Assembly: GCF_006345805.1 (NCBI RefSeq)
Contig: NC_043019.1
Span: 28,209,360-28,273,359 of the forward strand
DNA: 64,000 bases
Direction of reading: 5' to 3'
From: Octopus sinensis
Lineage: Eukaryota
This document shows positions 48,171-61,781 of the stretch, in pieces. Position 1 is the stretch's first letter, and the number at the start of each line of letters is the position of its first letter. Made by a program: the position numbers and the translations under genes. Under the pieces are notes generated by a model that was not told where the DNA came from, did no database searches, and worked only from the letters and a program-made list of their open reading frames with translations.

Positions 48171-49123
48171 TATATATATATATGTATGTATATATACACA
48201 CACACGTATAATTGTATGTGTGTTTTTGTGTTTGTGTTTCCCACCACTACTTGACAACTGGTGTTGGTGCATTTATGTCCCCATAACTTAGTGGTTCAGC
48301 AAAAGAGCCTGATAAAATAAATACCAGGTTTTTAAAAAAAATAACAAGTACTGGAATCGATTCGTTGGACTAAAATTCTTTAAAGTGGTGCCCCAGCATG
48401 GTCACGGTCTAATGACTGAAACGGATAAAAAAAATAAGCCCGATAAGTGTTGTAGAATGAGAGAGGATCTCCCCAAAAGCTGAGGCCAATACATTTCACA
48501 TGTGCTACTACTGTCCCTTTAGAATGCCATGACAACTGTCCTCATTCTCAAATCCAGTCATGGCAAAATTGGCCTATGGGACTTTCTGAATGGAATATCT
48601 AAACAAGAAATGGTTTTGAAATTCTTTAGTACTTTGATTATGGTCCATGTCTCATGTAGCTTGTTTCTCGAAAAAGAATTGCCTGTGCCTGCTTTAACCT
48701 AAAAGGCCTGCATTTTCTTGTCTTCTGTCATTTAAAATAGCAAGCGGGTTCTTTAGGGGTATGTTCTCCAAAATATATTAACATTTGCCCAGTTTTATAA
48801 ATAATATTGATCTTGATATTTAATAACTCAATCTCAGTTTTCTTTTCCGTTGAGGTCTCCAGCAGAAAGAAATTTCTTTTGATTCCTCTCCTGATTGATT
48901 AAAGATATAATTTGTAAAAAAAAGAACCAAAAAAAAAAAAAAAAACCAAAGAAAACCAGTTTCAATAAGGCTTTAACTTCAAAAAACTTTTTTTATTATG
49001 TGTATATATATTATTTACATATATGTAAATAAACCACCCAGATAAACCTGGATCAATTTTTTCAGTCTTTAGACGTTGTTTTGTTGCTATTAACTTTGCC
49101 TCTTTTTTTAATTTATGTATTTA

Positions 49124-49156
<33 letters not shown>

Positions 49157-49157
<1 letters not shown>

Positions 49158-50200
49158 GGTGGCAGACTGTCAGAATCATTAGCTTGCCAGACAAAATGCT
49201 TATCAACACTTCTTCCAGCTTTACATTCTGAGTTCAAATGTTGCCATGGTCAACTTTGCCTCTCATCCTTTTTGGAGGTTGATAAAATAAGTACCAGTCA
49301 AATATTGGGATCTATGTAACCAACTAAACCCTTCACTTCAAATTTCAGGCCTTGTGCCTATATTAGAAAGAAATATAATGATAATAATCCTTTCTACTAT
49401 AGGCACAAGGCCTGAAATTTTTTTTTTTTTTTGGTGGGGGACTAGTCGATTACATTGACCCCAGTGTTTCCCTGGTACTTAATTTATTAAGTGTGAAAGG
49501 TAAAGTTGACCCCAGTGGAATTTGAACTCAGAATGTAGCAACAGATGAAATACTCCTAAGCATTTCACCCAGCATGCTAACGGCTCACCACCTTAATAAT
49601 AATGATAATAATAATAATAATAATAATGATTATTATTATTATTATTAAGGCAGTGAGCTGGCAGAATCATTAGCATGCCAGGCGAAATGCTTAACAGTAT
49701 TTCGCCCATCACTATGTCTTGAGTTCAGATTCCTCTGAGGTTGACTTTGCCTTTCATCCTGACGATCAATAAATTAAGTACCGGCCATGTACTGGGGTCA
49801 ATGTAATTGACTTGTCCCTTCCCCCAAAATTTCAGGCCTTGTGCCTATAGTAGAAAGGATTATTATTATTAAGGTGATATGGTAGCAGAATTGCTAACAT
49901 AGCCGACAAAATGCTTGCCAGCATTTCTTCTAGACCTTTATGTCCTAAGTTCAAATTCTGCTGGGGTTGATTTTTACCTTTCATACTATCAGAGTTGATA
50001 AAACAAATACCAGTTAGTTGAACGCTGGGGGTCTATGTAATCAACTAACCCCCTCCTTCAAAAATTGCTGGCCTAGCACCTATAGTAGAAAAGATTATTA
50101 TTAAGATGGCAAGCTGGTAGAATTGCTAATGTGTTGGACAAATTCTCGGGTCGATGTAATCAATATCAACTACCTGCCTCCCTCAAAATTTTCTGAGCTT
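49157..50200. mobile_element. Cluster of about five family-B-related SINEs separated by (TTA)n/(TAA)n, mixed orientation
   Basis: Repeated AAGG..G...CTGGCAGAAT heads and CAGGCCTTGTGCCTATAGTAGAAAGG tails; the copy at about 49385-49595 is reversed. Confidence 0.8.
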
Positions 50201-50228
50201 GTTCCAAAACAAGAGAGGATAGTTATTA

Positions 50229-50909
50229 CAGGTTGTCATCGACTAATGACCCATCCGACTTACGATGATTGGCACACCAGCTCCCGGCAGCAATAAGAAA
50301 TAGTCCATTTGAAACTTAATGGGTTTAATTTCTTAGAAATTAACTCATCTACAGATGATATCAACTAAAATGCTTATCGATTGCCACTGTGGTTATCCTG
50401 AGGCAGCGAGCTGGCAGAATCATTAGCACGCCGGGCGAAATGCTTAGCAGTATTTCGTCTGTCGTTACGTTCTGAGCTCAAATTTCGCCAAGGTCGACTT
50501 TGCCTTTCATCCTTTTGGGGTCGATAAATTAAGTACTAGTTACGCACTGGGGTCGATATAATCGACTTAATCCGTTTGTCTGTCCATGTTTGCCCCCTCT
50601 GTGTTTAGCCCCTTGTGGGTAGTAAAGAAATAGGTTATCCTGAGTGTTGGATGAATGTCCTGTCGTGGAGACATCAAGACAACCTTGTATTTGTTTATAA
50701 GACAACTACTTGAGACTCCGAAATTTTTGAATAACGCCAGTATAATAGTATTATACAGAATGCTGTGTGTGATTTTTACCTGAGAATGTACCTTAAGAAT
50801 GTAAATATATAAAAAAATATAAGTCGGACTATAGGCCTGTGTAGGCCTATAGTCCAACTTACGACTGGTCAGTCGGAACCAATTGTGGTCATAAGTCGAC
50901 GACAACCTG
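50229..50909. mobile_element. pogo/Tc1-type MITE with a family-B SINE (50403-50632) inserted
   Basis: TIRs CAGGTTGTCATCGACTAATGACC / GGTCATAAGTCGACGACAACCTG with TA flanks; the SINE has a 12-bp TSD GGTTATCCTGAG (50391-50402 and 50633-50644). Confidence 0.88.
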
Positions 50910-51809
50910 TATTTTCTTTTTATTTTTTGCTTCATTTCCCAAAAGATTTAGTTTTTAAAAATTGATTTGTATAACTCATTGTGTATATCTTTTGTCAAAT
51001 TTATTCAAAATATTCTTTTAAATAATATGCTGATGGGAGACAATAGGATGGAAAGAAAAAAATCAAACAACAACAACAAAACAATCTCTTTTCTTACAAC
51101 ATTGTTGAATCATCATCTGACTTACTTTTCTCATCTTCAAATTGACATATCAGATTGCTTCTCCGAGATTTGATCTCTTTGACTCTTGGTTTATTAATGT
51201 CTAACTCTTGATACTTAAAAATTGAAATATTCATTCATTCTTATGACATTCACAATGTTTTCCCTAAACTTTTCACTTCAGTAAAAAAAAAGAAAAAGAA
51301 ATAATAATTAAAAAATGAATAATTGAAAAAAAAACAACCAAAATACAAAATATTTCACAAAATAATTTGGAAATTTTTGGGATATCAGTTTCCAGAAATT
51401 TCTTTCATAAAGTCAGAAATAAATGACAAAAGCAAAAAAGAAAAAAATTAATAAATAATCAAAATAAATAGATCAGAAAAAAAAAAAAAGCCTGAAAAAC
51501 AAGTTGTTACTTTAATTTTTAATGAGATGATTTGGATTTTTTTCTTTTTTGGAATAAAAAAAAATGTTCTTTTTATTTGATAAGATATACTTTACTTTAC
51601 TTTACTTTTCTACTTGTTTCAGTCATTTGACTGTGGCCATGCTGGAGCACCTCCTTTAGTTGAGCAAATCGACCCTGGGACTTATTCTTTGTAAGCCCAG
51701 TACTTATTTTATCGGTCTCTTTTGCCGAACCGCTAAGTGACAGGGACATAAACACCAGCATCGGTTGTCAAGCAATGCTAGGGGGACAAACACAGACACA
51801 GACACACAA

Positions 51810-51866
<57 letters not shown>

Positions 51867-54800
51867 TACGACAGGCTTCTTTCAGTTTCCGTCTACCAAA
51901 TCCACTCACAAGGCGTTGGTCGGCCCGGGGCTATAGCAGAAGATACTTACCCAAAATGCCACGCAGTGGGACTGAACCCAGAACCATGTGGTTGGTTAGC
52001 AAGCTACTTACCACACAGCCACTCCTGCGCCTATCTAAAAGTGGACTTGAGTTGTTTATGGAATTTTGGGTTGGAGGCATTATAATTAGAAAATCCAACT
52101 GAAAATGGAAGCATTATTTGCTTTTAGTCTGCTGTTACGTTCTGAGTTCAAATTCTGTCGAGGTCAACTTTGCCTTTCATTCTTTCAGAGTCGATAAATT
52201 AAGTACCAGTTGAGTACTGGGGTCGATGTTATCGACTATCCCCCTCCCTAAAATTTCAGGCCTTGTGCCTATAGTAGAAAGGATTATTTGCTTTGAGTAG
52301 TGTCTGGTTTCTGAAAATCAACTCTCAAATTACATAAATATTTCTTTACTACCCACAGAGGGGACAAACAAGGACAGACAAAGGGATTAAGTCGATTATA
52401 TCGACCCCAGTGCGTAACTGGTACTTATTTAATCGACCCCGAAAGGATGAAAGGCAAAGTCGACCTCGGCAGAATTTGAACTCAGAACGTAACGGCAGAC
52501 GAAATACGGCTACGCATTTTGCTCGGCGTGCTAACGTTTCTGCCAGCTCGTACATAAAATTAGCAAATAAAAACCAGGAAACTAGTAGTGTTATCATCAT
52601 CATCATCATCAGCAGCAGCATCAACAACAGCATCATTGATCAATGTCTGCTTTTCCATTCTTTAATGGATTGAATGGAATTATTGAGACAGATTTTTGTG
52701 TGGTTGGCTGCCCTTTCTTCTTTCCAAGTAAAGAGCAATATTTCCCCTTAACCCAGATATGCGTTTGTAAAATACTGGAAGTGAATGATATTCATAGCTG
52801 CAGGCATGGCTGTGTAGTAAGAAGTTTGCTTTCCAACCACATGGTTCTGAGTTCAGTCTCACTGTATGACAACTCGGGCAAGTGTCTTCCACTATAGTCC
52901 TAGGCCAATTGAAATCTTGTGAGTGACGGATTTGGTAAATGTCAACTGAAAGAAACGCATCATATATACGTGTGTATGTGTCTATGTTTGTTGCCCACTA
53001 CCACTTGACAACCAGTGTTGGTCTGTTTACATCCCTGCAACTTAGTGGCTTGACAAAAGAGACCGATGAAATAAACATCAGTCTTTAAAAACTTTGTTTA
53101 TGGAATTTTGACTTGGTGGCATTACAGTTAGAAAACTTGGCTGAAAATGGAAGCCATATTTGCTTTTAGTAGTGTCTGGTTTCTGAAAATCAACTTTAAA
53201 AATATTAGGGTGGATTCATTCAACTTAAAACATTTCAAGGCAGTGCTCCAGAATGGTTGCAATTTAATGACTAAAATAAGTAAATAACAAAAGATATAAT
53301 GCCCCCACCTCTATAGCTAGGCCCCTGTTTCTGTCTCTGTCACACTCTAACCTTTCATCATCTGACACCAGATCACCTCCAATGTCCCCTTTGTTATAGC
53401 AAGATACCTGTTCTGTGTCTCTGTCACACTCTAATCTTTCAGCATCTGATGCAAGGTCCCCTCCTCTAATGCCCCTCCCCTCTCAAAATTCCTTGTCTTG
53501 CACAAGGCTATAGTAAAAGATACTTGCCCAAGATACCATGTAGTGGGATTGAACCTGAAACCATGTGGTTGGGAAGCAAACTTCTCAACCACACAGCCAT
53601 GCCAGTTCTGTACCAGTAAAACTTATTTAGAAAAGCTCCAAGTTATGATAATTTTGTATTCTTGGTAAAATAATACTGTTTTTAAATGGTTATAATATCA
53701 CTGAGAATGTGTGTCTATTGAAGAACTTCACTGGAAACCTCAGGATTCTTGTCACCACATAACTAAGAAACTTTACATAAAATCGTGACGTATATTTGCC
53801 ATATAAATATGGCTAACCACTAAGGGTGGATGCTACTGTAGTTTGTAGCCCCAGGAGGACACCTCCTCCAGCTGGCCATAGACACACTTTCTGTGCCCTA
53901 TCAGTATTTGCAATGGGAAGCCATCCTTCCCGTCTTCAACTTATGATACACATGGACTCGAGTTTCTGAGTATTGACCCGTCATCGGTCACGATGTGTTG
54001 TAGCTACTGTTTATAACACGCTCTGAGATTTATTATTTACATAAAATGTTATATTTCTATTTCCCATGAAATTTTAGAACCCATCTCAGTTAAGCAGCGA
54101 TGACTCTTGGTGTAAAAATTAACTGTCTTGATTGGTTCTACAAATCACTTTTTGAAGCCATGATTAATAACAGGTTTTCTGGCATGCAAGTTAAATTTCT
54201 CAGATCCAGATCTACAACCAAAAGAAAAGGTAGGTTGATACACACACCAGGACAACTTTGGGGTGAAATGCAGCCGGATTTGGAAGGATAATGATGGTGC
54301 TTGAATGTTTGCTCTACATGTTTATACTATATACAACTTGTATGTCATAAAGCACAATACATATGCATGAGCAAATGAAGGAAATCTACTAAGTTGCTAG
54401 ATCTGTTAGAAATACCAGCTAAATCTTTTTCAAATGGCACCCTTCAATTGTATTTATGTACATACCATGCTTTCTGGCATACAGGTTGAATTTCTCGGGC
54501 CAAAAAAGAGTAGGTTGACTTATCCACCGAGGAGGACCAAAAATTCCATGTGAAATACTGCAGTAGGATTTGGGAAGATAGTGACAATGCTTGACTGTTT
54601 GCACCCTATATTTACACTGTATATATATATAGACTTGGATGCTGGAATGTGTAGTATTTCATCTGATAATGATATCAAGTTATTCAAGTCAAGAACAACA
54701 AATTGATATCTTGGTGGACTTCATTGTTCTATAATCTTTTTTGTTTTACTTGCTTCAGTCATTATAAAATCTCTATTTTATATATATATATATACATAAT

Positions 54801-57800
54801 ATATATATACACACACACATATATATATGTATATACACACACACATATATATATATACATGTATACATATATATACATACACACACATATATATATACAT
54901 ATATACAACTCAAAATCTATTCTTTCTGTGTGACCCAAAACCAAATGATTCAAGGCCCACTGGTTAGGGATCCTTGTTTTAAATTACCATTTGTTGTGTA
55001 ACATCAATTCTGCCCTGATCCAGCAAACCTGTGAACAAAGTCATTTCACCCTGTTGTTTTTTTTTCAGACATAGTTAATTGGAATGGCATTATGTCTTCC
55101 TTAAGGATCTGATTGGAGGAAGTTTTGACTACTATTTCTAGCAGATTGAGTAACTGTATAGAGCAGACATGGGCAAACTGTAGCTGATGGAACTTTCTGA
55201 TTGGCATGTCTAATGAAAAATTATCTTCAATATCTTTAGTTGTGCAGTCTACCTGATGCTGAGCCATGTCCCAAACGGCCCAGTTCTTGTAAAAGTTGTC
55301 CATGCCTAGTATAGGCTAGTGTTTTCCAGTGTTTTTGTTGCCCTTCCTGCCTTGATTTACCCCAGCAAAGAAAATATAAACCTCAAAATATCCTTAGCTA
55401 ATGTCTCTGACACTCTGATTGCAAAACACTGGCATTGAGGATTTTTGGAAGGTTAGCAAACTTTATATTATAGGTTTGCTACTAATCCGGATCAAAGCAG
55501 TACCACGATATGTGGTACTACTCTGATCCTGATTAGTAGCACCTGTTAGGGTCCCTGCTATCGGTTAATTAGCATTTTATAAGATAAACTTCAAGCACAA
55601 ACCCTCACCACCTTGTGAGTACCTTGGGAAAGGAAAAGGCTAGGGAAGTCAATCTCAACAGCAAATCAAAGAATGGAGTCCCTCAGGTGATTTGGTGCTC
55701 TCTTTGGCACCATTCTAGCAACTCCAGGGAAGGCAGAACTCTCCAGCCCTGTAAAGTAATTCACCTATTTCTTTTCTACCCACAAGGGACTAAACACAGA
55801 GGGAACAAACAAGGACAGACAAACGGAATAAATCGATTACATCGACCCCAGTGCGTAACTGGTACTTAATTTATCGACCCCGAAAGGATGAAAGGCAAAG
55901 TCGACCTCGGCGGAATTTGAACTCAGAACGTAACGGCAGATGAAATACGGCTACGCATTTCGCCCGGCGTGCTAACGTTTCTGCCAGCTCGCCACCTTAT
56001 AAAGTAATTCACCGTGGAGAAGGCCACTCCAGTGTAAAACCAACAGCTTACCGGTCACTGCAGCTGTCTTAGACCACTGAGCCACTGTTGTCAGACATCC
56101 CAGTCTAAAGACTGGGGGTGGATTGCACAGACTGGCTTACATTTTAAAACTACTATGTACAGGCTACAAGAAAAGCTCTGCAGCATCAAGAACTGGTTTA
56201 TGCAGATACTAAAGGGTATGCCACCCTGTAGCCATACTGGAGAACTGCCTTGAAGGGTTTAGCCAAACAAAACAACCCCATTACTTTTCTGTTTTTTTTT
56301 TTTTTAAAGCTTGATACTGATTCTGTTGATCTTTCTGGCTGAACCACTCAGTACAATGATGCAAACAAACCAACACTGGTTGTCAAATGGTGGTGGGCGA
56401 CAAACATAACACAAACACATACATAGACATATACATACACATATTACATACACACACAAACACACGCATACACATGTATGTATATATCTCTGTGCGTGTG
56501 TGTGTGTATGTTTGTCCCCACCACCACTGGAGAGCTAGTGTTGGTTTCTTTACATCGATGTAACTTAGTGGTTCAACAAAAGAAGCCGACAGAATAAGTA
56601 CGAGGCTTTAAAATAAGTACTAAACCCTTCAAGGCAGTGCTCCAGCATGGCCGCAGCCCAATGATTCAAACAAGATATAAAAAGGCTGGAAGTAAAAGCT
56701 TCATAAAAATTGTGTGTGTATAAATGTATGTGTGCATGAGTATTTATGTATATATGTATGTATATGTGCATGTTTGAGTACGAATGTAGGTATGTAGGCG
56801 CAGGAGTGGTTGTGTGGTAAGTAGCTTGCTAACCAGCCACATGGTTCCGGGTTCAGTCCCACTGCGTGGCATCTTGGGCAAGTGTCTTCTGCTATAGCCC
56901 CGGGCCGACCAATGCCTTGTGAGCGAATTTGGTAGACGGAAACTGAAAGAAGCCTGTCGTATATGTATATATATATATGTGTGTGTGTGTTTCTGTGTCT
57001 GTGTTTGTCCCCCTAGCATTGCTTGACAACCGATGCTGGTGTGTTTACGTCGCCTTCACTTAGCGGTTCGGCAAAAGAGACCGATAAAATAAGTACTGGG
57101 CTTACAAAGAATAAGTCTCGGGGTCGATTTGCTCGACTAAAGGCGGTGCTCCAGCATGGCCGCAGTCAAATGACTGAAACAAGTAAAAGAGTAAAAGAGA
57201 GTAAAGAGTATGTGTGTTTATGTCTATGTAGTTACACATGTATGTGTATGTCTGTAAGTACGTATGTACATCTGTACGTACGTATATATGCATGTACGAA
57301 TATATGTATGTGTGTGTGTAAGTGCGTGCGCGCTTGTGTGTGTGCGTGCGTGCGTGTATCTGTTACAAGATGCGCGATATATATATATATATATATATGC
57401 ACACATACAATGTTGACTGTGAGAGTTATCCGTTCAGCAAACTGGGTCTCTCTTCTTTTAACCGTAAGATGGCGTTGTACAACGCAATGTACAAATGTCG
57501 ATTAAATATTTCGCTTTTCTCTCTCGTTTTCAAATGACTCGATCGGAATAGAGAGAGAGAGAGAGAGAGGAAAGAAAGGCAGGCTGAGAGAGAGACAGAG
57601 AGAGAGATAATCGGAGTTTTTCCTGAAGTAAATATCAACGAGATAAGAAGTAACACACATGAAAATATCTCTCTCTATGTGTCTATTAGATTTCGTGGAT
57701 TGTGGTAGAAGAGACATAATTTCTGTTCCATGAAAGACTGTGCAGAACTCATTGATAAAACTTAGGTCAAGTGGCCGCAGTTTTATTCTCCATAAATACT

Positions 57801-60405
57801 GGATTAATTTTTTATTATATATTGATTGCTCAGTCTTTTAATATCCGAATCGTCGATTTTTCGAGGAAAGGTAAATATTCGCCGCAACTAATGTTTTAAT
57901 TATTTTCTCTGTTTGTTTTTACTTAATAATTTATCTTAATATGACTTTTTTTTTCCCCCCATCAGATTTCTTTTAAATGTTCACTCAAACTTTATATTGA
58001 CATTTTCTCGTAGTTTTTTTTTCCCTTTCTTCTATAAATAACAAATAACAGTCCACTAATTAAACGAGGGTGTGAGAATGTCCAAGCGATGCTCGATCTC
58101 TTAGAAATAAGAGTCAAATTTCCTCTAGTCTACCCTATCCCACCTTTAAAAATGGAAGGATAATGTAGTTCCAGATATACAAAAAAGATGGAATGGTCAC
58201 GGCTGGAACGTCTTTAATCATAGGTCTGCTTGATGAGGGTTCCTCTGTATTTAAACAACTACAACGACAAACTAACAAGGAAACTTCTACGTGGTGTGCT
58301 CGATCTGCTAAAAACAGCAGTCAACTCGCACCCTAACATTTTTTTTTAAAGGAACTATGCACCGGATAATATAACTCGAAATATATTGTCTCAAAAAAAG
58401 GTGGGATGGTCATGGATTGAACGCCTTTTGCTGTAGGTCTACTCAATCAGTGTTCACCTAGGGCAAAGCAACAACAAGGGAGCCTCTACGTTGTATGTTC
58501 AATCTGCTAGAAATAGCAACCAAATCTCCCTTCAAATCACATCATTTACTCTATCGCATTTAAAATGGAAGGACACATTAGATAATGTAGTTCTTGCAGT
58601 ACAAATAAATATACACATGATCATAACTAGAATGTCGTTCGTCATAAATTCTGCTCGATTCGGTGGCGGGCCATGGGCTACACAATAACGATCGCTATTA
58701 ATTTGATATTAATTAGTTCTGCATAACTAGTTATCTTGTTTCTTGTCTATTTTTAAAGAATTTCTTTAATGACGCATAATTACATCGGAATTTCATCTCA
58801 TGTTTTGTATGAGGTACTTTGTTGTACAAAGTGATTTATTTATGATAATCGATTATAATTGTGTACACTATTAATGTAAATATATATATTATCGAACCAA
58901 CGAGGGAACCGCCTGACATCAATGGCTCGGTCTGCTAGAAATAGCAACCGATTTACCCTCAAATCACATTTAAAATGGTATCTGGTGATTACATTTTATA
59001 ATGTAGTATTAGTTACACGTTGTTGAGAGGGGGGGGACCCATTTAAATAGATGGAATGATTTTGGTTACGTCTTGATCATAAGACTGGAGTGTGAAACCA
59101 CAATAACAAACATTTATTATTGCTAAGCAAGGTACGTTTTGGTTTTTGCAAAATTACCCCCTCCTCCTCTCACTACTACAGGGTCGATATAATCGATTAG
59201 TCCCCTCCCCTCAAAATCTTAGGCCTTGTGCCTATAGTAGAAATAATAACAATGACAATTCTTTCTACTAAAGGCACAAGGGCTTGGAATTTTGTTGGGT
59301 AAAGGGGCTGGTCGCTTACATCGACATCTACAGCTCAGCTTGTTCTTATTCTGTTAAGAATCTTATACGTAAGCAGAGTATATGTACTCTTTTATTAGTT
59401 GAGCTCTACGGGGGAGGGCCTAACACCCCAAGGGATTCGTGCCAAGGTACTTGTCAAACTCGTTTCTATTATCATTCCGAACGAAGTCGATTTTACCTTT
59501 TTATTCTTTCGGGGTCGATAAAATAGATACCAGTTAAGTACTGGAGTCGATGTAAACGACTGTCTCCCCACCTCAAAATTTCTAGCCTTTTGCCTATAGT
59601 AGAAAGGTTTATTAACAAACGGACAAAACCCTTTGTAACCTTTCGTCCTGTTTTGTCCCTTATGTTTTCTAATCATATTTGTCAGCCCTTGTGGCCAATA
59701 AAAAGAATTAATTATTATTATTATTAATCATAGAAATCTGTTGTTTTTCTAATCATTTTTATCCTTAATTTTCTACAGAAGTTGCTTACGCAACATAAAT
59801 ACATATAGTAATATTTGATTTAATTTAAAATACCCTGGTTATAATCAGTTTTATTAAACCAAAAAAAAAAAAAACACCAACATTTGTTTCTCTAAATATA
59901 TCCACCTATTACACGGGTCTTACACGTCAGATTACTCATCGCTCAGGCAGTAACATGAGCACTGAGCATTCACGTTAGTGTTTCCTCACAGATCAACCCA
60001 CGACGAGTAACATGCTCCTAATTAGAGGCATTCCAGCCATAGCCACCCTGAATTTTTTTTTCAGGTAGTGTATTGAGGACTACGCTTTTTGTTTCGTAAG
60101 TTAGTAAAGAGAGATCTGAGAGAGGTTTGGTTGCTTATTGCTCATTGATTAAATAATCACGCAGAGAATCCGTCCCTTGTTGGTTTACTTATGTCAATGT
60201 GCGTATGTGCATTTCTGTGTCTCACACTATACATACATCCATAAAACATTATATATATATATTTATTGAGAGCGAGATTTATACAGCTCTTCACAAAGTA
60301 ATGTGTGTGTATGCATATATTCATGCATAAATATATGCATCTGTGAGTGGGTGCATATATATATATTATGGATGCACATATGTAGACGTATATAGGTGTG
60401 TTCAT

Positions 60406-60480
<75 letters not shown>

Positions 60481-61112
60481 AGTAGATATATGCATGTGAA
60501 TATAAATGTATATGACTAGTTTAAGAGAGATTTGGCTACTATTGTCCAACGGTAGACCTGTCTTGGCTCATTTCACTGTTGTTGCTTAACCATAAGTTAG
60601 CTCTAATGGAGCGGGCCTTTGATAAAAAAAAAATGAAATTCCAGCTTTGTTTACCTCCTCTTTCTAGGGTACCTAATATGTACTTCATTTTTTAAACGTT
60701 GTGATTGAGTTGAGTAAAGAGTTGACTGCCATTTCTAGCAGGTGCGGCGGCTATGTCTAAATGCTGGGTCAACCAGACCTGTAATAATAATAATTAAAAA
60801 AAATGTTCCACCAATGACCATACTGTCTTTTTGTCATACATCGCACATTATCCAACAGTAAAGTATTTTAAAGTGATTTGGTTGCTATTTCTTGCAAGTC
60901 CAACGACTTCATAGAACCTCACATAACTGGCAAAACAGTTTTTATCGTGACAGAATTAACAGTAGAAAATCTTGTTTATCATATGTGTAAAATGAACAAA
61001 GCTAAACTTTTTTTCCTCGGTTCGTTTAGTCAATTAGAAGTACTTTATCGTGTATAAGTCACGCCCTAGTATAAAATAGTCTGACTTATACTGACTTATA
61101 CAGTGTGTATGT

Positions 61113-61600
61113 GTACCGTTTTTATTCGTGTATAAACCGCAGACCTAATTTAGTGTTAAATTTTGGGGAATATCTATACAAGTGTGTCTACACCTCCCCA
61201 ACTTGATTTCTTCAGAACTTCCAGAAAAAATGATTGTCTTTTGATAAAATTTTCTACAAATACCTTTAAGATGGTGTAGATAGCAATTATATCGAAATTT
61301 AATGTAAAAAAAAATTAATAAATTGGTGGGCTCGCATACACAAAATGATATTTGAAATTTTTGAAAAATTATGTAATGTGTGTGTGTGTGCGCGCCCACC
61401 AATTTTTAAAGATTGTTTTTTTTTCACATTAAATATAATTGTAATCCACATCACCTAAAAAGGTATTTGTAGAAAATTTCATTAGAAATTTAATTTCTTC
61501 TGGAACTTAGGAACTAAAGCCCAGGATGGAGGGGGGGGGGTCCCAATTTTTCGTCAAATAAAATCAAATGGTACGACTTATAAACGAGTAAATATGGTTT
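61113..61600. mobile_element. Tc1/pogo-type MITE with another dispersed repeat nested inside
   Basis: Degenerate TIRs TACCGTTTTTATTCGTGTATAA / TTATAAACGAGTAAATATGGT; the interior (about 61170-61500) matches the repeat at about 27690-27940 and 30880-31060. Confidence 0.55.
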
Positions 61601-61718
61601 GTGTGTATGTATAATATATATATATATATATATAGTATTAATTAACAGATGGATTCAGTATTAAACCTTTACTGGGTACTCAACATTTAAACACACTATT
61701 CGACTTACACTGTCCAAA

Positions 61719-61781
<63 letters not shown>

